Notes under the pieces: model-generated
What the model was told of the DNA's origin: nothing
Databases searched by the model: none
The model's input: the letters and a program-made list of their open reading frames with translations, nothing else
Source: a virus
Taxonomy: Duplodnaviria; Caudoviricetes
Virus record (IMG/VR): IMGVR_UViG_3300005805_000339
Span: 1 to 28,743 of that record
Reading direction: 5' to 3' (one strand)
Length of the DNA stretch: 28,743 nucleotides
Position numbers and translations under genes: made by a program
In this document: in pieces, positions 17,251 through 25,441 of the stretch
Layout of the letters: the number at the start of each line of letters is the position of its first letter
How positions within the stretch are numbered: position 1 is the first letter of the stretch

Positions 17251-19869
17251 TTATACAGTTCCTCCATCAATTGATGTTGATCCTCCATAATTACTATCTG
17301 GTGCTCCACCGTCAAGATTTGGAGATGCGAAATTTAAAGCATATGAAGCGGTCACTGCAAAACTTGCTGTACCCTGTAGTGATCCAGTTATATTGATGTT
17401 ATTTTTGCTATTCTCCCACAAACCAGAAGAGCTGTATACAAGAAGATCGCCTGCAGATGGAGTAAGTGCTCTAACATCATGCAACTCTTCCAATTCATAT
17501 CCATTTTGTACAAGTGTGAAAATGCTGCCGTTGGCAACACCAACTCTGGTTACGATACCAGCATATACAAGATGAGTTGGTGCATATTGTTTGATGTTTG
17601 TCAATTGACCAGAAGATGTGGAAACATATAATATATCACCAGCGGTATATGTTGAGGTATTGATATTGCTTACTAAACCACGGGTTGTTACAAATCCGCT
17701 ACCACCAGATGCTATACTTTCTGCTACAATACCAAGTGTGCGTGCTGATGTAGCATCACCACTTGCATTTGCTCTTTTTACAGCCACACGATCCGTCTGT
17801 GATCCAGAAGCATATACAACTTCACCTTTGTTTAATGTGGTTGCTTCAGCATTATATACATAAGAAACTTCTTCTTGACCGATTGGAAGATTTACATTAC
17901 CACCACGCAATCCAATTTTTAAAGTTCCTAGATCACTATTCCAAGATAATTGACCAACTGCATCTGAAGTATTTTCTGTCTGAGCAAACTGAACTAATGA
18001 ACTGCTTGCATTACCAAGAAGATATGAAGCAGTAAATGGAGTTATACCGCTTGTACCAGATGTGCCGCTAGTCCCAGACGTACCATCTGTGCCAGATGTT
18101 CCATTGGTTCCACTTGTACCATTTGTACCTGATGTACCAGATGTACCAGATGTACCACTAGTTCCACTCGTTCCGTCTGTTCCAGATGTACCACTTCCAC
18201 CACCACCAGCATTAAGAGCATAACTTGCTGTTATAGCATATGACGAAGTTAATGTATCTAAAGCGTAACTTGCTGTTCCTAGTAATGATCCAGTTATAGA
18301 TAGCGCTTCTACAGATGAACCACTTATTACACCACGCAATAATGTTAATGTGGTTTGTAGATTGCCTATCACCGTGCTGTTATTTGCAGGAGACAATACA
18401 TTGTTACCAATTGCTATTGTATTATATCTACCAGAATCTCCAGGATTACTGCCTGAAACTATACCAGTTTTAAAACCAATATATATACTACTAGAGCTAT
18501 TTGCTGGATGAGATTGCCCAGTTCCGTTTCCAACTCCAGCATATGCTCCAATCATTATTGTTTCACCACCACCTGCTATATTTGCGCATCTATTTCCTAT
18601 AAAAATATTATTACTTGTGTTTCCAGAGCTGGCCATATTATTGCCAATGTATACACTACCAGTTGTGGCTGAAGAAATTGTTGTTCCTACACTATTACCT
18701 ATGACTATGTGATTATTTGCTGTGCTAATCGACGTAGCATTACCAGTTCCAATAATAATATTATTTGCACCAGTAGTTGTTCCACCAGTTGCATTTCTTG
18801 CTCCAATTATGGTGGAGTTTGTAGCTGTTGATCCAGATGTAAAATTCTCAAATCCTATGACTGTATTATTTACACCAGTCGTCATTCTATTAGCAGATCC
18901 ATTACCAACAACTGTATTTTGTCTTCCAGTTGTTATTGCGGTTCCAGATCCACTACCAATGAAAATATTAAATGACGCGGTTGGATTGTTGCCTTTATAA
19001 TTTTCGTGTAGTGTTCCGATGAATATAGATCTGCTTTCAACCAATACTTCAAAATTATCTATGTCTGTAGCATAGCTTGCTGTACCAGGGAAAGAACCTG
19101 TGGTTGTTACTGTTGGTCTTATATCAGCCCAGAACGACGATCCATTTGTGCCAGATGTACCACTTGATCCATCAGTTCCACTTGTGCCACTAGTTCCTGA
19201 TGTGCCACTTGCACCATCAGTTCCGCTCGTACCAGACGTGCCAGATGTACCACTTGCACCATCAGTACCACTTGTGCCATTTGTACCAGAAGTGCCATTT
19301 ACTCCACTTGTGCCACTCGTGCCAGATGTTGCACCTGTCATTGCATATGATGCTGTGATAGCATAACTGGCTGTACCACTTAATGTACCAGTGCTTCCAG
19401 ATATTATAAGTGCTGCACTGCTACTAATAATATATCTGTCTGTCCAGAAAGCTACTTGGTTTGCTGTACCACCACCGGTAATGACATTGATATACTCTAT
19501 ATCAGCTCCATAGTTTACTCTAAATCCTATGTCACGACTATAGATGCCTGTATTAACATCAAAACTATCAACCTCAGAGTTAAGCACCATCTGAATTTCA
19601 GCATTATAACCATTAAGCAGGGATATAATAAAATCCCTCATATCTTCTGCTTTTTGTATCGTCTTTGCTTTGGCGGCAAATGTTACTGTCTCATATCTGA
19701 CCGATGGGCCAGACATAGTTTGTGTACCAAGAGTGCCTTCACGGCTAAAAACCACGCAAGGTAAATCAACATTCTGATTAGCAAATGTGCTTTCCGAATA
19801 TACAGGCACCTGTAGATTCAAATGTATCAGCTGTCTTAGATTATAATAATATTCTTGTATTCCGGACAT
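17251..19869 (-). CDS. Tail-terminator-like domain (copy A, DUF3168-like) fused to a long GTS/beta-roll fibre
   Basis: Occupies the tail-terminator slot after the gp10-like gene; N-terminal VY..LP.VVF.R..SG..AKT..A..RD..LLNGY..D.FD..TGIY.R..F.V.Y pattern; then GTS tracts, NxxIG repeats, a KGEVVY..GIV..G..TRG domain and terminal DGG motifs. Confidence 0.78.
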   Translation of the reverse strand: MSGIQEYYYNLRQLIHLNLQVPVYSESTFANQNVDLPCVVFSREGTLGTQTMSGPSVRYETVTFAAKAKTIQKAEDMRDFIISLLNGYNAEIQMVLNSEVDSFDVNTGIYSRDIGFRVNYGADIEYINVITGGGTANQVAFWTDRYIISSSAALIISGSTGTLSGTASYAITASYAMTGATSGTSGTSGVNGTSGTNGTSGTDGASGTSGTSGTSGTDGASGTSGTSGTSGTDGSSGTSGTNGSSFWADIRPTVTTTGSFPGTASYATDIDNFEVLVESRSIFIGTLHENYKGNNPTASFNIFIGSGSGTAITTGRQNTVVGNGSANRMTTGVNNTVIGFENFTSGSTATNSTIIGARNATGGTTTGANNIIIGTGNATSISTANNHIVIGNSVGTTISSATTGSVYIGNNMASSGNTSNNIFIGNRCANIAGGGETIMIGAYAGVGNGTGQSHPANSSSSIYIGFKTGIVSGSNPGDSGRYNTIAIGNNVLSPANNSTVIGNLQTTLTLLRGVISGSSVEALSITGSLLGTASYALDTLTSSYAITASYALNAGGGGSGTSGTDGTSGTSGTSGTSGTSGTNGTSGTNGTSGTDGTSGTSGTSGTSGITPFTASYLLGNASSSLVQFAQTENTSDAVGQLSWNSDLGTLKIGLRGGNVNLPIGQEEVSYVYNAEATTLNKGEVVYASGSQTDRVAVKRANASGDATSARTLGIVAESIASGGSGFVTTRGLVSNINTSTYTAGDILYVSTSSGQLTNIKQYAPTHLVYAGIVTRVGVANGSIFTLVQNGYELEELHDVRALTPSAGDLLVYSSSGLWENSKNNINITGSLQGTASFAVTASYALNFASPNLDGGAPDSNYGGSTSIDGGTV
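18046..18192 (-). repeat. GTS collagen-like coding repeat
   Basis: Consecutive GTS/GTD/GTN triplets. Confidence 0.93.
19141..19335 (-). repeat. GTS collagen-like coding repeat
   Basis: Consecutive GTS/GTD/GTN/GAS triplets. Confidence 0.93.
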
Positions 19870-19887
19870 ATGCGTGATTGTTAATAA

Positions 19888-20319
19888 TTATTTTCCACCT
19901 TTTTCAAAACGTTTGATTCTTGATGCCAAAGATCTAGTAAATTTATCAACTACGTTTTGTTTTACGCCTTCAAATGCATTTTTTGTAAAATTATATCTGG
20001 CTTCAAGGATATTAGCATAACGCCAAGGCACTCTTGGTTTACCTTTTTTATCTACTCCTTTAACGCTCTTGCTAACACCAGTCATTATAACAACTGTGCT
20101 ATCTTTTGGATATATGATCTTTTTTCTGGTTATACTTTTTTCAAGTAGTCCAGTATCAACAAGACCATTGGATGTTATATTTGATCTTATAGCATTAACT
20201 ACTTCTTTGTTTGCGGTATATGCTGCACCAACAATACTTTTTGCAGCCATATCTTGGCCCATAGCTTGAAGCTTTTTATCAAGTTCTTGTAGGCCTGTAA
20301 TTTTAATTTCGACGGCCAT
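19888..20319 (-). CDS. HK97 gp10-like tail completion/neck protein
   Basis: IKITGLQELDKKL..VDTGLLEKSI..WRYANILE..F.KNAF motif; canonical position. Confidence 0.85.
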   Translation of the reverse strand: MAVEIKITGLQELDKKLQAMGQDMAAKSIVGAAYTANKEVVNAIRSNITSNGLVDTGLLEKSITRKKIIYPKDSTVVIMTGVSKSVKGVDKKGKPRVPWRYANILEARYNFTKNAFEGVKQNVVDKFTRSLASRIKRFEKGGK

Positions 20320-20324
20320 AGGAG

Positions 20325-20639
20325 TTAATTTCTCCTTTCGCCAGTTGCTATTGTATATCCCTTGAAAGGTTGTTCGTCAATATAGACCAAATTATAATCA
20401 TTGCTGTCATATGTGATGATTGCTTTTTCAGTTATGTTTGAATTTTCTCGCAAAGTAAATGTATATGTTGCGGTGTTAACAACATATCCATTAGTATTGT
20501 TTTCTCCACCACCATCTTTTTTTATTCTGCACCATAAGCTCTGTGATGCATAATACATTATACTCTGACCATATCTATCAATAGATGAACTGGTCGGATA
20601 TTTTAAGACTATTCTATCTTCTAAAAGTCCTGGATTAAT
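20325..20639 (-). CDS. Head closure / head-tail adaptor (SPP1 gp16-like); start extended to ATT at 20639
   Basis: The frame upstream of the listed ATG (20558) reads INPGLLEDRIVLKYPTSSSIDRYGQ, the typical N-terminus of this family; in-frame TGA at 20643..20645; SD GAGGTGAT at 20642..20649. Confidence 0.8.
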   Translation of the reverse strand: MNPGLLEDRIVLKYPTSSSIDRYGQSIMYYASQSLWCRIKKDGGGENNTNGYVVNTATYTFTLRENSNITEKAIITYDSNDYNLVYIDEQPFKGYTIATGERRN

Positions 20640-20701
20640 AAATCACCTCATTTGTTAATTGTTTTTGACTGTTTATGAACCCATCACTATATGTATAGTA
20701 T

Positions 20702-21187
20702 ATGAAAACAAAAAACGTATTAAATAGATTCTTAAATAAAGTTGATAAAGATGGTCCAACCATGCCACATATGGATACCAAATGCTGGATTTGGTTAGCT
20801 GGTAAAAATAAAAAGGGATATGGAAGATTTAGTTTCAATCGTAAAAATAGATTAGCACATAGAGTATCTTGTATACTTCATAATATCGACATTCCAGAAA
20901 ATATGTGTGCCTGTCATAAATGTGATAATAGGAACTGTGTAAATCCAGAACATATTTTTATTGGAAGCATCATTGATAATACTCTTGATATGATTAAAAA
21001 AGGAAGACAGCGTGGTGGAGGTGTTCTTGGAGAATTGCACAAAGGAAGCAAACTTACTGAAAATGATGTAAGATATATTAGAAATAATAAAAACGCTTCG
21101 CTTCCAGAACTTGCTGAAAAGTTTAATGTTGGAACTGGAAATATTTGGTGTATTAGACATAATAAAACTTGGAAGCACGTAAAATAA
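20702..21187 (+). CDS. HNH homing endonuclease with C-terminal HTH, inserted antisense
   Basis: CWIW..GYGRF..AHRVS..CHKCDNRNCVNPEH..DN..DM.KKGR..SKLTE.DV..IR..LAEKF.V..KTWKHV; TATGTATA 4 nt before the ATG. Confidence 0.92.
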   Translation: MKTKNVLNRFLNKVDKDGPTMPHMDTKCWIWLAGKNKKGYGRFSFNRKNRLAHRVSCILHNIDIPENMCACHKCDNRNCVNPEHIFIGSIIDNTLDMIKKGRQRGGGVLGELHKGSKLTENDVRYIRNNKNASLPELAEKFNVGTGNIWCIRHNKTWKHVK

Positions 21188-21673
21188 TCATTGTGGTTTG
21201 ATTAATTTATATGGATTCAATAGTGCATCAACAGCGTAACTTAATGGAGCAGTAGATACTCCAACGGCTTGTGGTAGGCGATTTTCATACCAATTATTAA
21301 TTAGCATCATTTGAGCAATCTTGACATTGGTTGGTAGACTGCCGCTGATATTACAATGATATACAATATCACCACTAAATTCAGAACTAAGCATCGTGTA
21401 CCAAGAACCATCAGCTCCTTCAAACAACGAACCAGTGCTTACATAATTTGTATCTTGAGTGGTTAGAAAAACATCACCACTGCTTGAAAAAACAGACATA
21501 CTATAAGTGACAGGCAAAAAGTCACGATTGCATTCTGCTGTGATTTGTTCATATGAAGCTGTAATAAGTGAACTAATCAAGACATCATCATCGCTAGAGT
21601 CTTGTCTCAAATAGTTTTTGGCTTCTGTCAGGGTTGGTCCGTAGGTACTTGGGCTATTGAGTCTTTTACGCAT
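21188..21673 (-). CDS. Head-tail connector (HK97 gp6 / SPP1 gp15-like)
   Basis: TLTEAKNYLR.D..DD.LI.SLI.A..., LP.NVK.A.MMLI.NWYENR, VDALLNPY. Confidence 0.9.
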   Translation of the reverse strand: MRKRLNSPSTYGPTLTEAKNYLRQDSSDDDVLISSLITASYEQITAECNRDFLPVTYSMSVFSSSGDVFLTTQDTNYVSTGSLFEGADGSWYTMLSSEFSGDIVYHCNISGSLPTNVKIAQMMLINNWYENRLPQAVGVSTAPLSYAVDALLNPYKLIKPQ

Positions 21674-21678
21674 AATAC

Positions 21679-21706
21679 TATAAATAGAAGACTAAAGATG
21701 AAAAAC
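21679..21706 (-). promoter_or_regulatory. Putative promoter GTTTTT-N14-TATTTATA, 5 nt from the ATG (near-leaderless)
   Basis: Consensus motif directly after the capsid terminator. Confidence 0.72.
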
Positions 21707-21733
21707 TGTGATTTTATACCTCTATTATAGAAT

Positions 21734-21764
21734 AAAAAAAGACCCACATTTCTGTGGGTCTTTT
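21734..21764 (-). terminator. Rho-independent terminator after major capsid gene
   Basis: Minus strand GACCCACA-GAAA-TGTGGGTC followed by T7. Confidence 0.92.
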
Positions 21765-21787
21765 AGTATTATGTGTTAAGACTAGGA

Positions 21788-22966
21788 TTAAGCTACGTTT
21801 GTGACGAGCTTGACCAAAGAATTTCCGTCTGTTAGGGTGCAGTCAAAGCGCTTGTAAGCTCTCCAACCGATGTTACCTTCAGCGGCGTACAATTCGTTGA
21901 GACGTTGTAGTGAGACACCACCACGATCACCGATTACGAAGTGCTGAGGATATAGCAATGCGCCACCAACGTTACCTACTTGCCAGGTTGTTGGCAAAGC
22001 GTGTGTAACGTAAACTGGACGACCCAAGAAACGATCTGGTTGACCAGCTTGTGTGCTCATTTCCCACAAGTAGACCCCGCTTGTGCTGGCCTTGACTTGT
22101 CTCATTGCTGAGGCTAGTCCATCTCCAACGATCCAGACTGTCTCTTGACGACGCGCACCTGGAACTTTGTAGTATGCATTGATCATACCGTCCAAGAAGG
22201 AACCAGACTGCGATCCAAGATTTTGGGTTAGAACTGAGTTTCCACCAGCTGTGGTGAAGCGTACTAGACCGCGTGGCTCATCGCTTGCGGAACCAGATAC
22301 GAATGCTTTTTCTTCCAAGTTAGCGAAACCGGTACCGATTTCAGCAGCCAATGTGGCTTCTAGATCGGTGCTAGCGTCTTGCAATAGCTCCTCGCTGGTT
22401 TTTACCAATGCACTTGCCTTATAGGCACCAAGAGTAGCTGAACCGAATGTTGGATTGGTTGGGCTATAAGAACCCGAATCAGCTTCCTTGATGAATGCAG
22501 CAGTAACGCCAGAAGCAACGATTGGCAATGTGGTTGTGCTGGTTGTCTGAATGACACGAGCTCCAATATTACGCATTACAGAGTTTTGAGCGATTGTGCG
22601 CTGGATTGTCTGGAAAAGGATTGTTGGAACGTTAACTCCACCTTCGGCACTTGTATAAGTGTTCAAGTTTGTGCTAGCGCGTAGTTCATTCATATCACCA
22701 GAACGAGCCCAAGCCAAGAATGCTGAACGATATTCTTCGTCAGAAGTCTTGCTGTTGCTTGAGACTGCTCTCTTGTCGAGTGCTTCGCCCATATTGTTCT
22801 TGATTGCATCAAAGCGAACTTCAGCTTCGATAGCTTTGGTCAAAGAAGCATATTTGGCATCTAGTTCATTGAACTTTGCCAAGTCAGCTTCGCTGCGAGT
22901 TTCCGAGGACATAATGTGTTTCATTTCCTCGTATGTTTTATTTCTTTCTGCTAATAGTTTAGACAT
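21788..22966 (-). CDS. Major capsid protein, HK97 fold with N-terminal delta domain
   Basis: Coiled-coil N-terminus, EGG..VP, SEELLQD, GQPDRFLGRPVY, LNELYA..G.IG.RAY.RFD; SD TAAGGA. Confidence 0.95.
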   Translation of the reverse strand: MSKLLAERNKTYEEMKHIMSSETRSEADLAKFNELDAKYASLTKAIEAEVRFDAIKNNMGEALDKRAVSSNSKTSDEEYRSAFLAWARSGDMNELRASTNLNTYTSAEGGVNVPTILFQTIQRTIAQNSVMRNIGARVIQTTSTTTLPIVASGVTAAFIKEADSGSYSPTNPTFGSATLGAYKASALVKTSEELLQDASTDLEATLAAEIGTGFANLEEKAFVSGSASDEPRGLVRFTTAGGNSVLTQNLGSQSGSFLDGMINAYYKVPGARRQETVWIVGDGLASAMRQVKASTSGVYLWEMSTQAGQPDRFLGRPVYVTHALPTTWQVGNVGGALLYPQHFVIGDRGGVSLQRLNELYAAEGNIGWRAYKRFDCTLTDGNSLVKLVTNVA

Positions 22967-23021
22967 ATGTCTTCCTTATTTTGTTAATGTTTGTTTTTTT
23001 TGAGAACGAGGTATGTCCCCG

Positions 23022-23708
23022 TTAAAATTTGTGTGTTAAAGAAAGGAATCTAAAGCGTAGTTGATAATCTGTATCATCTATCTTTTTCTTTTCCTCTACT
23101 TTTGGTTCAACTTTTTGTTCAACCTTTGGTTCTTCTGCTCTTTCTTCCTTCTTTTCTTCAACAACAGGAGCCTGAGTTTCTGTAACTTCTTCGATAAAAT
23201 CTTCATTTCTCATTACAGTAAGGGTTGTATCTGGATATGCTGGTGAAGCAACGATGGATACTTCACGAAGATTTAGTGATTGTATCTCACGAATCTTTTC
23301 ACCAGATCGACTATAGTTCTTGCTCTTTGGAGAGTTGAATCCAAAACTGAATCCACGAAGATCACCGCGATCAGCAGAAACTAGTGTATCATCACCATAG
23401 CTTGTTTCTGGAATAGCGATTCTTACATAAAGTCCGTCAGCCCTATCTTCCATTTGTAGGGTTCCAGCAGACTTACGACCGAGCAGATAAGCTGGGTTAT
23501 GCTCCTTGAATGCGAGAACATCATTTCTTTCCATACTTTCTTTTAAAGCGCCTGGCTTGATGATTTCTCTAAACTTGTCTCCGTTCATTGTACGAAGTTC
23601 ATTACTCATGCTGTTATATACAACTGCACGGCCTTCAATGATGCGTTGGTCTTTGTTGACCTTTACGTCCATCATATCATATGCTCTGTATTCAAGATTG
23701 TCTTTCAT
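23022..23708 (-). CDS. HK97-family prohead protease
   Basis: IEGRAVVYN..S, FREII.PGA, EHN..LLGR..GTL, GFSFGF, LREVSIV..PAYPDT. Confidence 0.95.
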   Translation of the reverse strand: MKDNLEYRAYDMMDVKVNKDQRIIEGRAVVYNSMSNELRTMNGDKFREIIKPGALKESMERNDVLAFKEHNPAYLLGRKSAGTLQMEDRADGLYVRIAIPETSYGDDTLVSADRGDLRGFSFGFNSPKSKNYSRSGEKIREIQSLNLREVSIVASPAYPDTTLTVMRNEDFIEEVTETQAPVVEEKKEERAEEPKVEQKVEPKVEEKKKIDDTDYQLRFRFLSLTHKF

Positions 23709-23748
23709 ATATATGTTATAAATATTATGGTGTTAATATAATCTATTA

Positions 23749-25401
23749 TTATTCTGTTGGTTTAGCGTACTTAGGATGATCAGCGTTTAATAGATCATTA
23801 TCTCCTACATATGCCTCATTTTCTGGTGATCCAGTACGAGCCAATCTTAGAAATGCGTTAACTCTGGCCATTGCCCATGCTCCTCTGCTTACGCCTGGAC
23901 GATGACTTGTAGAATATGCTCCAGCTCCTCTGCGATATACTGCCTTGAGAGAACCAAGTCTGACCTTGCTCCAGTTTGGTTTATTTTCCTTGGTCATTTC
24001 AGCATTGTGCTCTTCTACTTTGTTTTCAAGAGCAGCTTCTATAGCATCTGTCATTTCTATATCTCCAGATTTGCCACTTGCTGATTCTGGTTCGTTTTTC
24101 TCACTACCTTCTATTCTATCTTTTGGTGGAGCTGGTGCATCAGCTCTGCTTTCAACAACTGGTGCAGGTGGTGGTGTGGCTGCTGGTGTGCTTGTTATTT
24201 TAGCAAAGTTTAGTGGACGTACATAATCATCTCCACCGCTTGTTGGTTCAATATACAATCCACTATCTTCTGCTTCATTAACTTGGTTAGCTGTCATTAC
24301 ACCGTGTTCAAGGGCGAATCTATAGTATTCGATTCTGGTCTTGATATCTCCACGTAGCAATCCAGATACATTGAAGTTTACATAAACGTCTTCTTCATCT
24401 TCAAGCAATTGCTTTTGTAGTTGTTGTTCAATATTAGTTATGATTGGCGTCAATGTATATTGAACAAATTCGATAGCTTGCTGCTCAACCGAAGCGTAAG
24501 TTGGACTGCTTTGTAGGCCCAACATATGTAATGGCACACGGAAAATGTCTGCGGCAATGCGTTGAGCACTGAATTGTTTCTGTTGTATATATTCAGCTTG
24601 CTGAGCTGTAATACCAACATTTGGAACTTCTACCTTGAGAGTATTTGGTAGAAATGCTGTCTTACCAGAATTGTTGCCTGTAAATCCTTGCTTCCATCCA
24701 GACTTGAGCTTTTGTAGCTCATCTTCTTTCATATTGCCTGGATAATATACCACACCGGCTGGTTTTGCCGCCTGCTTTGCGATTGCTGTGCCAGATGTTT
24801 CTAGTTCGCTATATCCGTCATATAGTGTGCGGAATGCGTCAATTAAGCTCATACCATAATAACCTTCGCGGCTATATCCTTTGATATGAATTAGCTGATC
24901 ATATGTAAATTCTTTATAAAGACTTGTGCCATCTGGCTGAGTCATATTCATCTTATAGTATGGCATGCCATCATCTCTGACATATACATCTACACTATAA
25001 GGATTGAGCGGATATAATTCTATAACAACGCCAGCGTTGTTTCTAATTTTCTGTATGTAGGCATTACCAAACATATCCAACTGAGTAATGCACCAATGCC
25101 AGAAATTATATGTGGTTTGAAATCCATTTGGACGTTTTGTAATAAGATCATAATATGGATGATCTCTGGCTGGTTCGTGGCCTTTTGGTAGTTTTCGATT
25201 TAGTTGTATTGGCAAACTAGCAATGGTGCTTGCACGTAGATTGATGCAACCATAAACAATACTCAGACGATCAACATAACGACCATAGCCAAATGCTGAA
25301 TTCCAATCCATAACATATGGACCGCCTATGGTTTCACTGCGAATTTCTTCAGCAGGTTGAGTATCTTTTTTTGATCTAAAAATATCTAGTATGGACGCCA
25401 T
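23749..25401 (-). CDS. HK97-family portal protein with ~130-aa C-terminal extra domain
   Basis: VYGCINLRASTIASLP, PNGFQT, GNAY, LYPLNP, FRVPLHMLG, EQQ..F..YTL.P, LLRGDIKTR, GVMTANQV..E..GGD; then a Pro-rich linker and an extra domain. Confidence 0.95.
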   Translation of the reverse strand: MASILDIFRSKKDTQPAEEIRSETIGGPYVMDWNSAFGYGRYVDRLSIVYGCINLRASTIASLPIQLNRKLPKGHEPARDHPYYDLITKRPNGFQTTYNFWHWCITQLDMFGNAYIQKIRNNAGVVIELYPLNPYSVDVYVRDDGMPYYKMNMTQPDGTSLYKEFTYDQLIHIKGYSREGYYGMSLIDAFRTLYDGYSELETSGTAIAKQAAKPAGVVYYPGNMKEDELQKLKSGWKQGFTGNNSGKTAFLPNTLKVEVPNVGITAQQAEYIQQKQFSAQRIAADIFRVPLHMLGLQSSPTYASVEQQAIEFVQYTLTPIITNIEQQLQKQLLEDEEDVYVNFNVSGLLRGDIKTRIEYYRFALEHGVMTANQVNEAEDSGLYIEPTSGGDDYVRPLNFAKITSTPAATPPPAPVVESRADAPAPPKDRIEGSEKNEPESASGKSGDIEMTDAIEAALENKVEEHNAEMTKENKPNWSKVRLGSLKAVYRRGAGAYSTSHRPGVSRGAWAMARVNAFLRLARTGSPENEAYVGDNDLLNADHPKYAKPTE

Positions 25402-25406
25402 TTGAT

Positions 25407-25434
25407 TATAAGTATATGTGAAGACTTGGAAAAC
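25407..25434 (-). promoter_or_regulatory. Putative promoter GTTTTC-N14-TACTTATA, 5 nt from the portal ATG
   Basis: Bipartite motif filling the terL-portal gap. Confidence 0.68.
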
Positions 25435-25441
25435 TACGATT

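Noticed and set aside
14054-19869. Diversity-generating retroelement suggested by the Mtd_N-like domain and the duplicated segment
   Set aside because: No reverse transcriptase; the differences between copies are not adenine-specific and lie in N-terminal coding regions.
20643-20651. Stop-codon reassignment (TGA read-through from ATG 20651)
   Set aside because: TGA terminates several genes at expected positions (21188, 15814, 5650), and all long genes are intact in the standard code.
20635-21178. Minus-strand ORFs 20635..20838 and 20852..21178, and plus-strand ORF 27462..27782
   Set aside because: They overlap well-supported HNH or terS genes on the opposite strand and contain no recognisable motifs.
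20640-21187. Group I intron carrying the HNH in the head-closure gene
   Set aside because: Only about 60 nt of the insert is non-coding, the HNH is antisense, and no ribozyme core was recognised; only RT-PCR could exclude it fully.
23000-23022. Small hairpin upstream of the capsid gene (minus strand ACGGGG-acata-CCTCGT)
   Set aside because: Short stem followed by an A-tract rather than a U-tract; it may stabilise mRNA but is too weak to call.
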